From Amoebidium appalachense (lineage: Eukaryota > Protista > Ichthyosporea), in the NCBI GenBank assembly GCA_963693365.1, contig CAVNZM010000013.1, forward strand, positions 583,817-647,816: a DNA stretch of 64,000 nucleotides. Direction: 5' to 3'. Below the pieces are notes generated by a model. The model had not been told where the DNA came from and ran no database searches. It was given only the letters and a program-made list of their open reading frames with translations. The position numbers were made by a program, and so were the translations under genes. Below, one piece after another: positions 12,031 to 25,493 of the stretch (positions are counted from its first letter, which is position 1; each line of letters opens with the position of its first letter).

Positions 12031-12554
12031 CCCACTCACATTATTTACTGTTGGTAACTTGCCACGGTGTTACTGTAACATCCAACTCTTCGTGGTACGC
12101 AACATGAAAATACATTGTGTTGCGCAGATGGGCACACGCAGCCATGACACGCACGCACATACACACACACACACGCACACTCACCGCTACAAACACACAT
12201 ACACACATTCAAACACATTCACATGCACACACACAATGTGCCAACGAAAATCAGTTGCACACAAAGACCTGGAAAGGGGCATAGAGATCCAAGAAGCTTT
12301 GAATGGTTGATGTATGACAAATCGAGCCGGTTTGCCCAACCACGTACAGCTCTTTCAGGTCGTTACACACTCATGTGGCGCCCCATGTAACCCCATAAAT
12401 AATGTGAACCCCCCCCCCCCCCCCCCCCCCCCCCCCACCACCACCACACACACACACACACCAGCTGCACCACCACCACACACACCCTTCCGTGAAGAAT
12501 TGACATCCACCGCCTAAGCACGAACTAACAAGGGTGTGTGTGTCCGCAGTGCGT

Positions 12555-12562
12555 CACATGTA

Positions 12563-12647
<85 letters not shown>

Positions 12648-12802
12648 CGTGTGTGCTCTACCAACCGGGAAAAAAAAAAAAAAAAAAAAAAAAAAAAGGA
12701 ATGGAAAGAAAAAAAAATTAAATAAACGAAAAAGCAATAATCATCCATCGTAATGGAACAGCCGTGATTAAAAAAAATTTACAAAAAATAAAACCATGTG
12801 TA

Positions 12803-12867
<65 letters not shown>

Positions 12868-13025
12868 CGCGCGCGTGTGCTCTACCAACCGTATCAACCG
12901 GGAAAAAAAAAAGAAAAGAAAAAATAAAAAAAAAAGGAATGGAAAGAAATAAAAAAAGAAAAAGCAATATTCATCCATCGTAATGGAGCAGCCGTGATTA
13001 TAAAAAATTTACAAACAAAAATTAA
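12555..13025. repeat. Tandem duplication of a ~240-bp (GT)n-poly(A) block
   Basis: GTGTGCTCTACCAACCG...GGAATGGAAAG...CATCCATCGTAATGG...GCCGTGATTA is present twice. Confidence 0.85.
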
Positions 13026-13221
13026 AAACAAATAATCAATATTATGAGGCCGACGGTACCCCAAGCTCATCACGGTCTTGATCTTTATAATGAAAACCAT
13101 ACAAAATGGGGTTACAAAGCATACAAAATGCAATTTTTCACAGTGCACGGTGTTATATTCTGCTCTTAGACTATGCCTCCAAACGCAAAGATGAAATGCC
13201 CACGGTGCAGCTTGCGTCGTC

Positions 13222-14359
13222 CTACGATATCTTCCTACTCCGCAGTTTACGTGGTTGGCTGGTAATCGCCTCTTTTATCACCTCCTGGTCAGCACTGGAG
13301 CGTTGAACACCACGCTTTTTGCCTGGGGCCCGTCGAGCAACCCCTGCATAACCCCCCCCCCCCCCCCCCCTCCTTGTCAGTAACCCCATCCACCCCCCCC
13401 CGCCCATCAGACACCCTATCAGATCCCCCCCCCCCCCCCCCCCCCCCTCCCCTTCAGACTCCTCATCAGGCCCCCCACCCCTCATCCAATCTCTAATCAC
13501 CCCCCACACGACTCCCCCCCTCCCCCCCCCCCCCCACACTCCCCCATCAGACCCATCATCAGACCCCCCACCCCCATCGGACCCCCTATCAGACACGTCA
13601 TCAGATCCCTCATCAGAACCCTCTCCTCTCCCCCCCCCCCCCCCCCCCCCCCCCACCCATCAGACCCTCCACCCCCATTCGACCCCCTATCAGACGCCTC
13701 ATCAGACCCCATACCCCCCCCCCCCCCCTCCCCCCCCCCACAAAACTCCTCATCAGACCCCCCACCCCTCAACCTCTAATCACCCCCCACACGACAACCT
13801 CACACCCAGCCCCCCCCCCCCCCCCCCCCCCCCCCCGCCCCTCCACCCTTCGACTCCATACCCTGCATGACAACGCGCATGAGAATCCGCCAACCTGACC
13901 ACCAATGAGAGACCCTCTACCCCATTCAACCCCCTACCAGACACCTCATCAGACCCCTCATCAGATTCCTCACCAGACCCCCCCCTCCCCCTCCCCCCCC
14001 CCTCATCAGACCCCCAGCCCCGTCCGACCCCATACCAGACACGTCATCAGACCCCCATCAGACCCCCCCCCCCCCCCCCCCCTCCCCCCCTCATCAGACC
14101 CATCATCAGACCCATCACCCCCATCTGATTTCCTATCAGACACGTCATCAGACCCCTCATCAAACCCCCCTCCCCTCCCCCCATCAGACCCCTCATCAGA
14201 CCCCCCCTCCCCCCCCATTCAACCTGTCATCTGACCCCCCATCCCCACTCCACACGTCATCAGATCACTCATCCCCCCCCCCCCCCCCCCCCCCTCCCGC
14301 CATCAAACCCCTCAGACCCTCCACCCCCATTCGACCCCCTATCAGGCTCCCCATCAGAC

Positions 14360-14393
<34 letters not shown>

Positions 14394-14821
14394 AGACTCC
14401 TCATCATACCCCCCACCTCTCATACAACCTCTAATCACCCCCCCCCCCCTCCTCCTCCCATCAGTCCTATTGTACCTCCCCCTCCCCCCCCCCCCCCCCC
14501 CGGCCCAAATTTGGCTCCACACCCTTCATTACAATTCGCATAAAAGACCACCCTCCCACACCTGACCACTTATCAGACCCCTGCCCCCATGTGACACCCT
14601 GTCAGACTCCTCATCAGACCCCCCTCCCCATCAGCCCATCCCCCCCCCCCCCCCCCCCCCTTGTCCCACCAGACCCCCCATCCGACTCCTCATCAGACCC
14701 TTCCCCTCCATCAGACGACCCCCCCCCCCCCCTCCTCCCCCCTCCTCCCACCCCTCTCCCCATCCGACCCCCTATCAGACCCCCCATCAGGCCCCTTTTT
14801 CCCCATCAGATTCCTCATCAG

Positions 14822-14856
<35 letters not shown>

Positions 14857-15228
14857 CCCAACCTCTTGTCATCCCCCCACATTGAAAAGAACAGAACGTC
14901 AACGGCCCCCCCCCCCCCCCCCCCCCCCCCCCTTCCCCAAACCCACCCTCACATCCAGTGTACCCCCCCCCCTCCCCCCCTCCCCCCCCCCCCCCCCCCC
15001 CTCACCTTGTGAAGGATCAGAGAGGCAAAGGCCAGCCATTGCATCCGTCACGCTCCCAACAGTGTCGTCTGCAACCCCATATCCAATGTCAGTGCCCCCT
15101 TTTTCTTCCAAACCCCCCCCCCCCCCCCCAAACACACAAACGCACACACACACACAAACAAACCAAACACATACCCCTGAAAAAAAAAAAAAAAAAAAAA
15201 ACCAACAAAAGAATGAGAGAATGAGGGA

Positions 15229-15323
<95 letters not shown>

Positions 15324-16167
15324 ATGGGAGAGGGAGAGGGAGAGGGAGAGAGGGTGTATGCGAGTATAATTGTGTGTGCGTGTTTGTGTGGCAAATGAGG
15401 GATGAGGGGGGGGGGGGGGGGGGGGGGGGGGGGTGGGGGGGGAGACGGAGGGAGGGAGAGCCATGGAAAGGGTTCTTGTGAGGGATTCACCAACATGGGC
15501 AAAGAGGGTGTTTGGTATTGGCAATAAGGCCACATGTGGTATGGAGCAGGAAGACAGGGGCAGAAGACTTACCATGATATGAAGCAGCGCCATCCTCAAG
15601 TTTCTGAGAGAAGAGAAAGACAATCGGTCAAAGCAGGCCCATGGGAAGGGGGGGGCGGGGGGGGGGGGGGGGGGGGGGGGAGGGGGGGGGGGGGGAAGGG
15701 GGAGAGAAGGGGGTTAGAAAGCAAACATGAAAGAAGGACATTATAGAAGACAACGATAAAAGAGCATGATCTGATGAGAGTAAGGAACCATGAAAGGGGG
15801 GGGGGGGGGGGGGGGGGATAGCATACATCAAAGGTGAAATTATACACAACAATGAAATGATGAGCGGGAGGAACCGGAAAAAGAGGGGGGGGGGGGGGGG
15901 GGTCAGAGAGTGGTAATAAGGGGTGTGAAAAGTGAAGGATAGAGGGGAAAGGGGATTAACGGAGGTAAGGAAAGTGGAGAGGGGAGGAAATACCTTGGGG
16001 GAGAAGATAGAGTAGTAGAGGGAATGAGAGAAAGAGAGCGCAGGTGGAGGAGTGGAAAAGGAGATATAGTGTGTATGTACTGGAGAGAGAGGGGGGGGGG
16101 GGGGGGGGCAGAAAGAGTGAGGGGGGAGGGAGGAAGAGAGGGAAGGGGGGGGGGGGGGGGGGGGGGA

Positions 16168-16235
<68 letters not shown>

Positions 16236-16665
16236 GTAAAGAGGGAAAGGGAGGGGGAGAGGAAGAGAAGGCACAAACGTTGGAGAGATTTAGAGAGTAG
16301 AGAGGGGGAACCGGGGGGGGGGGGGGGGGGGGAGAGAGAGAGAGAGAGAGAGAGGGACGAAGGGAGAGAGGGAGAGAGGGAGGAAGAAGGAGAGGGAGAG
16401 AGAAGAAGAGGGAAGAAGTGGTGTGGTGAAAGAAAAGGAGAGCGACACATCAATCATATAAAACACATGTGTGCGTGAGGGGAAGAGGCGATGGTGGGAA
16501 TCGGGCAGGGAGGTGTGAAAGGGGGGGGGGGGGGGGGGTTGGAATGGAGAGCTACTTGTCAACACCAGGTGTGCTTGTGAGTCTGTTATTTTAATGGTCG
16601 CGGCGGGGAGGGGGGGGGGGGGGGGGGGGGGCTAGAGGGGGGATGAGGGGGTGAATGGGGTTGGT

Positions 16666-16708
<43 letters not shown>

Positions 16709-17451
16709 CTGGACGGGGTAAAACCTTGAGGTAGCGAACAACCAAGCCGTCACTGATTGCTCTTACTACATCACCGACCTCAGTGGACACAGGCCTGAAA
16801 AAATTAGCGACATTGGGGCAAAGCTTGTTTTCGAATGGTCTGCTCTTTTTGCCGAAACTGCTTAGAGAAGCCGTAGTCGTCAAAGAAAAGAAAAAGCGAG
16901 CCAAATTTACCCCAAATGGTCCAATGGTCGCTTGTGACCCCACCCAATAATGTCTCGGGCGTCACCGAAGTCGGAATAAACGGAGGTGTTGAAAGCCACT
17001 CCCTTAGGGCGAGAAGCAAACTGGGCCAAAAAGGATCGTGCACCCTCCTCCGTGCACGACTTGTCCTCATCCCGATAATGGTCCAACCCTTTCATCTCCT
17101 CAAACTTGCCTTCCCGGTTCGGTCTTAAAGCAGCCCGCCAGGCCTGTTAAGGTGGACACAGAAAACAGCGCCCCTGAGTGAATGATGAGACAGAGTACAC
17201 AGTTGTGCCTGGAACATGAATAGCAAACACATCAAAGTGTGCATTTCAGTCTCGGTGATCAAAAACGAACATAAGTCTGTTGTGTTCTGGAAGACACGCA
17301 TGCCTATGGTGCTGTACTATTCCTGCTTGCAACCGACTTTTTGTGGTTTGTGTGTTTGTGGGTGTGCCTGTTTCTGCCCGAGATGTAATTTCAGCACAAG
17401 TGCTAAACGTCTGGACATACGTGTGCGCGTGTGTGTGTTTGTGTGTGTGTT

Positions 17452-17521
<70 letters not shown>

Positions 17522-17552
17522 TGTGCGTGTGCGTGTGTGTGTGTGTGTGCGT

Positions 17553-17585
<33 letters not shown>

Positions 17586-17930
17586 CGGCAACGTGTGTGT
17601 GTGTGTGTGCTGCAACGTGTGTGTGTGTGTGTGTGTGTCTGTGTTGGCGAGTGTGTGCGTGTGTGCGGGTGTGGGTGTGTGGTGTGCGCTAGTTATATAT
17701 GTAGCCTTTACAAACCCGCGCGTGTTCTTAGTCAACAGTTTCACGTCGCAATAGTGTGTATTCTGCAGGAGGAAGAAAACACTTGTTGCTTAGAGTGACA
17801 CTGTGAAGAATGGGTACATCGGTGACATGCATACAACTGTATGCCCCAGCTATCCCCACAAAACCTCACCTGTATGCCACGGTCAAGCTGGTCTTCTGCC
17901 AAGTTTACATCAAGGATATCCATGTTGGGT
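13222..17930 (-). pseudogene. Putative degraded multi-exon gene of unknown product
   Basis: Exon-like islands bounded by AG/GT on the minus strand: ~17866-17928 (EPNMDILDVNLAEDQLDRGIQ), ~16725-17130 (frameshifted), ~15573-15603, ~15006-15068 (DDTVGSVTDAMAGLCLSDPSQ) and ~13222-13343 (...RKIS*). No family recognised. Confidence 0.35.
13375..14830. repeat. Degenerate CATCAGACCCC minisatellite, same family as 9915-12030
   Basis: Dense CATCAGACCC / GACCCCTATCAGA motifs interspersed with poly(C). Confidence 0.85.
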
Positions 17931-18526
17931 TCCTAGTATTATGCTTTCCGAAGAGAAACGGACAATAACTGCTATAACTCTACAAGTCTACTATAGAACA
18001 TTGCGGGCTAGCGCTAGTTGCGTCGACGGCAAAGACATTATGCATTAAAAAAATTTAAATTTCATTAAAAAAGGACTTGGAACAATTTCTTGAGCCGCGG
18101 CTGACCTCTAGTAGGCTACATATACGCTAGCTACATATGCATGATGTGTGCGTAGCGGGGGTAGTTTGGTAAACGTATGAGGAGGCTTTATGTTGGTTAA
18201 ATGTAACATTATGTGTTAAAAAACTTCGCTAACTTGCTGTAATTATGGCTGATTATGGCGAATAACAGAGACGCAAACAGAAAGCCGGCAGGTGTACACA
18301 TACATAGTCGATCAGATGTATATGTGATAGGGGGGTTTACGCTGTTTACTCGAGGCAAAGAGAACCAGTCTCAGGTAGGGGGGGGGGGGGTTTGCTCGGA
18401 ATATCCCCTCAGCGGTATATCATGATCACGTACATAGATGTCGGGTGGTGACTATATATCAGGGTTTACTTTCTCTACGAGACACCATAAAGACTACAAG
18501 GAGAAATCAATTAGTTGGGGTTCCCC

Positions 18527-18571
<45 letters not shown>

Positions 18572-18603
18572 GGGCTCCCCTCGGGACACTCGGTATCAGC
18601 TGG

Positions 18604-18664
<61 letters not shown>

Positions 18665-18685
18665 GTGTGTGTGTGTGCGCGTGCG

Positions 18686-21600
18686 CTATAATTTTGTAGT
18701 GATGTGTTTCTCAAGCCAATCAATACATCTAATAAACAGGTCGTAGTTACGCGTGTTTAGTATAAAATCAAGGATGTTGTAATTTACAGGTAGGCTATCT
18801 TTCTGGGTGTCTGTTGTGAATGTGACGTGTGTGTGTTGCGGTATTATGTGGTCTATCAAACTACATTTGGCGATACATGACCGGTTAAACTGGTGTGTGT
18901 GTGTGTTGTTTGGGCATGCAAATGATGCCACCTTATACTTATTAGATCTCCACTGTATAGCACGTGTACAGTAAAAGCGTGGTAATTGATCAATAATACC
19001 ATCAGCTAGAGAAAGACCAGTTCTACAGGAAGGTAATATGTATTTAGGTGTTATACACTTGCGAGTGCCATATTTGGCAATATGGTTGAGGCGGTCAGTA
19101 TATATAAAACGAGACATAAGGCTTAGTTTTTCAAGGTGTATGCTTTCATCGGGTCTAGTGTCGTGTGGTATCTTTTTCCATTTGTTATATTGCGTGATTA
19201 TCTTGTGATTGTGTACATGTTTAATAAGTAAGTGGCAGTCCAAAGTCACACACACACTATTGCGGGGTTTATTTGTATTTGTGCCCAGGGGAGAAGGGGA
19301 GAGAGAGGGGAGGAAAGAGGGGAGAGGTGAGGAGGGGACAGGTCGGATAGAGAAGAGAGGGTGGGAGGGCAAATACTTCTTTAAGCGGCTTATGTGCTTA
19401 TTGAATTTCAGCGCGAGATAGGATACTCTAGCAGCTATTGGGACCAGACCATATATCGAGAGCGTTACAGGCCCAGGTTTACAACAGTTGTTAGATAGAA
19501 AGGAGGCAACTTCTGCTTCAAGGAAATTTGCCAAGGGTTTAAGCGCTCTAGTTCTCTCTTTCTTGATCCAAGCGGCGAGAAGGGGTAAACCATATTCACA
19601 TGCCGGGAAGACAAAAGTGCGAATAAATGTAAGTCTAATAGAAGGATGGAGGGGTGTGTCTTTAAAAATATTAGCCGAGAAGAAAGCTAACCGCTTACGA
19701 GCCAACTCTACCCTCTTTTCGACCATATGGGGAAACATAACACCAACAGAATCAACCGGAACACCAAGATATTTGTATTCTGGAACTATAGGTACAGGTT
19801 TAGATGATAATGTAAATGTGTGTAAATTGTTAGCTATATCAGGTACAAGAACACCACATTTGTCTATGTTAAGGATCATAAGGTTTGCCTTGCACCACTC
19901 TGACACTACATCGAACAATCTTTGCAGGCGTCTAGGGGTACGGGCAAGGAGGGACAGATCATCAGCATAGAGAAGTGCAGGCGGAAAGTTATTAATAGGG
20001 TCATCGTTTTCGGCGTAAATCTTGACAGCCAAATCATCTATAAATAGGTTAAACAAAAAGGGGCTAAGCAATGAACCCTGCAAGAGACCTCTAGTACGAG
20101 CAAAACCATATGAAAGATGCCCATTAACCACAGCTCTACCATAGGTTTGAGACAAGAGTGCTTCTAACAGAACACCAATGCAGTGTGGTACACCCCGTGC
20201 AGCAAGCTTTTCCCATAGGGAACCAGGGGAGACAGAATCGTAAGCAGTTTTCCAATCAATAAAGCCAACATATTGTGCACCAACTTGCATAGAATCGTGC
20301 AGTGCCATTATTTGAAGATAACATGAATTGTTTTTACGAAAAGCGGATTGGCATGGGTGTATGTGACGAATAGATTGAAACCTAGGGTGATGTGCAAATA
20401 ACCTAAGTAAGCAAGCTTCAAAGAATCTACGAACAACCTGGGTTAGTGTAATGGGGCGAAAGGATGATATGGGGCCCTCAGAGTCCTTCTTAACTATGGG
20501 GATCACTAAGGTATCTAACCAAGATGACGGGACATGTCCACATTTAACACACCAAGAAAAGAGAGAGCTTAACATGATAGTAAGATCAGGTTTAATAGCA
20601 CGATCACTTTCCTTTTGTGGGTAGGAGGGAACAAGGATTTTAAGAAACCCAGCAGGGAGTCCATCAGGTCCACAAGACTTACTAGAGCTATAACTAGATA
20701 TCACAGACCATATGGCATCGGGACTGAAAAAGGGGAGGATCGATTCTATGGGGATAGATGGGTCTACAGGCCACACAATAGGTTTCTGAGCGGGTGTAAA
20801 CAACTGTACACCTGAACTGTACATGTTTACTAAAGAATGTGATCTACTACCACACGATTCGTGCTTTGTCATGAATATCACATAAATATTATGTCCGCAC
20901 CAATAGGACTCACTCTGACCTAAGAATTGAACCATATATGGTTCTTCAGCTGCATACCACATAAACGAAGTGAACCAATAACAGGTTTGCATAAATAGGA
21001 CAAAGGTCTGACTGGCTCGGACCGCACCAGAATCACGAATGGCATGTTGCCACCCGCGCTGGCCGCGGATGAACCAATCCTGGGCCTTGATCCGAAACCT
21101 GGGGGCTATATAACAAAGCCGTCCCAGTACGGGGATCACATCAGTGAAGTCTGTGTGAGACAGACTGAGTCGGCCCATAGTAAAAGCAACCTGGCCGCGT
21201 GTGCCTTTCTACCCGTTCTCTGTCTTTATTTTGATTCAGTTGTACTCTGCCTTATCCTAACTAGTCCAACTGTTTACATTGGCGACCGCGGCAGGACACT
21301 GTTTTACATTGCCAACTGTTTACATTGGCGACCGCGCAGTTCAAGAATTTCGCATCCTTCGAATCTCACATCTTTCAATCAGTTCAAGAATCTCACATCT
21401 TTCAATCAGCTCAAGAATCTCCCATGGCCGATCACAATCCTTTTTACCCCGATGATAGGCACATCTTTCCTTGTCCGGCTTAGAATATATACACCGACAA
21501 GTTTGAAGTGGCCAGCCCACCTACACGGAAAGAATTGAAAGCATGTAAAACTTCTTTTGCTACGACACATCAAAAATGTGAAGAAAAACGAATACACAAC

Positions 21601-24600
21601 GAAACAACGAATACACGAGCAAACGAATAAAGAATTGCTAACGAAGCAATGAACCAACGAAAAACGAACCATCACGAATACACAATGAAATAAAGAATTA
21701 ACGACAAGCGAATGCATAAAGGAAATACGAAATGAATGCAACACAAAACAAAACAAAGTAACGAAGTTATCAAACGACAAAAAACGAAAAACGAAAGCAA
21801 AATGAAATGGAAATACGAAAATGAAAGAACGAATGCACAACACTGCTTGGGTTGCAATGCACACAGCCCCCTCTATGTTACGAAGAAAAGAAAACCGTTG
21901 CCCTTGCGTGCATTGCGCTATTGCACACTGTCATCGTGTCCATGCCACCGCATGCACCTCCACACTCGCAAGCCAGATGCACGGCCACTTTCAGCACGAA
22001 TGCATTTAAAGAAGAAGATAGTCGCTGTTCCTATAGCATTGAGGACATAAGGTGCTGTGAAAGTAGTTTTGCATGCATGCTTCGAATTTCTTGCTGTTTT
22101 CGAATACAGCATGCCCCATAGTTTAGCGCACAGGATGCACAACATGCGCATGAATGTATGCTGGCATGCCTAAACACATTACGAACATATGCCTCATGTA
22201 TGGCGGCCCTTCAAGTTCCTGGTGCCACGCCCTAACGAATTTGCACTCCTGGTGCACAAAAGGCATGTAATAAAGTCGATGCAGAACTTTTGTTCATGCA
22301 TGTGAAAAACAAAGAAGGTGTTGGGTACGAATTTTAAGGTGAATGCCCGTCTGTGGCAATACTGTGTAACATACCAATTACACTGTCAAGCCTTGCACTA
22401 GCTGCCGGCACACCCCCACCAGAACAAAAGAATGTGGTATGGGCACCGTTCCCTCACAACCCCAGCATACAGTGTCAGTATTTTGGCTGGAAGCCTTTCA
22501 GTTTCGAATTACGAATACCCTCCTTCACTACTGAAGAAAGTGACGTGGAAGACGAATACGAATACGAATGCAAGGTGTTGTTGACTAACACATCGGACCA
22601 TCATGTGTACCTACTAGGCCCTGGTACGGAGGTGACCATGTTATTCCCTTGCAATATGATGACACTGTAACAATTTAGCACGTGCATACCCCACCAATGG
22701 GCACATGCGGGAGACAACCCCACAAGCTGCCTTATTGGGCACCTCTGCTAAAACGAATATTCTTCTCACGAAGGAACAGAAGAATGCCACGAACACGAAC
22801 CACACACCCCCCAGGCAGCTACTTACGTCACGGTCTGATGTATGAAAGTAGTAGGTGTGTGAATGGGGTAACTTCATGAACACCAACACGAAAGCAAGCA
22901 CAGCACAAAGCAGTTCCACGAATACGAATGGTTTTGGTATTCCACACAACGAACAGAACCTACAGTAGGGCCACCTACAAATGAAGCCGAGGATGGGGCA
23001 CCATCCAGACCTGCACTGGAGGATATGAAGATACGAAGCGCGCTCACGAAGTTGCTTACAAATAAAAGGGCGACTGCGACGACTTTTCTTTTTAGGCCAA
23101 GCCTCCAGAAGAATGTATTATGCCTGGAATCCCCCTGCTCAACGAAAATGGCTGGCAAATGGGATACGAAAACTGCTCACGAATGGAAGCATGTGTTTTC
23201 TGAAGGAGGCTTGCTTTGCCTACCCTCTTCTTATGAATTATGAACCGGGCTTTTACTGGTTCTGACGGGTGATATATTTCTTTATGTCGCCCAACGAAGA
23301 ACACTTGGGCATTTTTATTCTGTTTTTCCCAGCTCCGATGATGCAGGGTTAAAGCTGAAAGGAAAGAAGTGCTCTTTGTTCATGAAAGAAGTGGCTTTTC
23401 CGGCCATGGTGACTCGCCTTACAGTCTTAAGGTAGAACCGGGATAAGGAGCAGCGGCTAAGCCTTGAAGCTATCCACCACTACCTGAGCTACGAAGTGAC
23501 CTAAGGCTCGAGTTATATTCATTATCGAATGTTTGGTATGATCATTCATCCACACAACCAAATTACTCGCAATTGAAAACGAATCTGCGGGAGTATCCTA
23601 AAAAGGAAAAATTCCCAAAAAGGAAAATACTACTTCTACAGAAAAGCCAAGCACAGAGACGAAGGCTTAGCGAATTATTCGCACGCACACTCTGCAACAA
23701 TCTTCGCCACGAAAATGAAATCACAGAAGAATGCTGCATGAATTTACGTTTTGGCAAATGAAGAAGTGCTCATAGACGTGCACAACTCTATTCCACCGTC
23801 CTTGCTCTGTTCTGTTCAGCAGCTCGGCGCACACAAAATCTCGCTGATGGTTGTTTATCGCCTCTCAGCCTGGTGGTTTGCTTGTCTAACGACACCACCA
23901 GGCTCCCGACAAGGGGGGGAGTGTAAACAACTGTACACCTGAACTGTACATGTTTACTAAAGAATGTGATCTACTACCACACGATTCGTGCTTTGTCATG
24001 AATATCACATAAATATTATGTCCGCACCAATAGGACTCACTCTGACCTAAGAATTGAACCATATATGGTTCTTCAGCTGCATACCACATAAACGAAGTGA
24101 ACCAATAAGAGGTTTGCATAAATAGGACAAAGGTCTGACTGGCTCGGACCGCACCAGAATCACGAATGGCATGTTGCCACCCGCGCTGGCCGCGGATGAA
24201 CCAATCCTGGGCCTTGATCCGAAACCTGGGGGCTATATAACAAAGCCGTCCCAGTACGGGGATCACATCAGTGAAGTCTGAGACAGACTGAGTCGGCCCA
24301 TAGTAAAAGCAACCTGGCCGCGTGTGCCTTTCTACCCGTTCTCTGTCTTTATTTTGATTCAGTTGTACTCTGCCTTATCCTAACTAGTCCAACTGTTTAC
24401 AGCGGGGGTCCTATCTTTAAACAGTTCCGAGAAATACTTATCAGAGTCTATGAGGGGGTCTCCAGTGGTATCACCAATAATACGAGCAGGGGGGCCAAAT
24501 CGATTCATACTAGCAAGCCGGCGCAAGCTTTCCTTTTGAGACAGGGGTTCACCTAGTCTAGCGGGAGTGGTGTTTGGTAACAAGAGAGCATCGGGATATT

Positions 24601-25493
24601 CCTTCCTACCACCGCCAGCATAATCACCGAGATCTATCAAATCATCAACAATAAAGTTAGTGCATGTATCTAGTACGAGATGTGAATCTGGCCTGGCTTG
24701 TGCAGATTCTAATAGGCGCATATATATAGGGTGTTTCGTAGCATAGCATACACATACATCAACTCTACCCCACTGTGACTTAAGCTGGGATAGACGGAGG
24801 CGAAAGGTGGGAGGGGGGAGGGGGGAGCAGATCAAGGGAGATCTTAGGTAGGAAAAGGATAGGAGAGTGGTCAGATGACCTAGAGAGGTTAGGAGGGAGA
24901 GAGAGTTTTGACATGGTTGATGGCCAAAAGGCCACTCCCCAGTCGGTGTTGTGGGCATGGGATATTTGAGGGAACCGCAAAGTGTGACTTTGGACATACC
25001 TTGCTAAAGGGATAGCACGCTCCGGGGGCTTAGATGGGTACCCGACACTCACTTGCAGTGTGTCTGTGTGGTGGAGTCGCGTGTTAAAATCACCTAAAAT
25101 AACAGTAAACATTGGTAAATGTGACAACTCGTGAGTCAATTCGACAACCGACATAGATGGTGGGTAATATACAAAAGTAAAAACATTAGAAAGAAACTCT
25201 ATAGAAACCGAGAATTCCGTTTTTGCTACCGGTTTGCACTTCACTCTCACGTGTGGTGCGGCAAGTACAATAATGCCTCGGTTTTTCGCGTAACCGGGGT
25301 GTGTGGATGTGTCGACCAATGTAGAGTTGAATTTGTGGTGGTTTTTAAACTGTGTTTCGCAAATCACTGTAAACGTGTGGTTGTTTGTCTGTTGTTGTAT
25401 GTAGCTGATTTTATCGTCGAGTGTCCCGGGGGGGAGGCCCTTTTGGGGGCCCAGTGTCCGAGCATTCCAGAAGAAGAAGGATAAATTAGGCAT
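18686..25493 (-). pseudogene. LINE ORF2 (APE endonuclease + reverse transcriptase + C-terminal Cys/His motif), disrupted
   Basis: APE motifs FWNART, ICET, VYYPP, GDFN and SDHSP at 24780-25493. A frameshift in the G/C homopolymer near 24820 may be a sequencing error. LTR insertion at 20795-24401. RT motifs at 18686-20794. Confidence 0.9.
20795..24401 (+). mobile_element. Non-autonomous LTR retrotransposon (LARD/TRIM-like) inserted into LINE ORF2
   Basis: LTRs at 20795-21278 and 23922-24401 (TGTAAACA...TGTTTACA; I see 1 substitution and a 4-bp indel). 5-bp TSD GCGGG. PBS TGGCGACCGCGGCAGGA at 21280-21296. [14 protein letters not shown] at 23911-23921. No gag-pol ORF. Confidence 0.95.

Noticed and set aside
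7713-16700. Many ORFs rich in P, G, HT, CV or ER
   Set aside because: These are translations of homopolymers, microsatellites and minisatellites. The same applies to most ORFs in 32000-64000.
18093-18112. Helitron-like 3' end (AGCCGCGGCT...CTAGT)
   Set aside because: The palindrome is too short and there is no matching 5' end or second copy.
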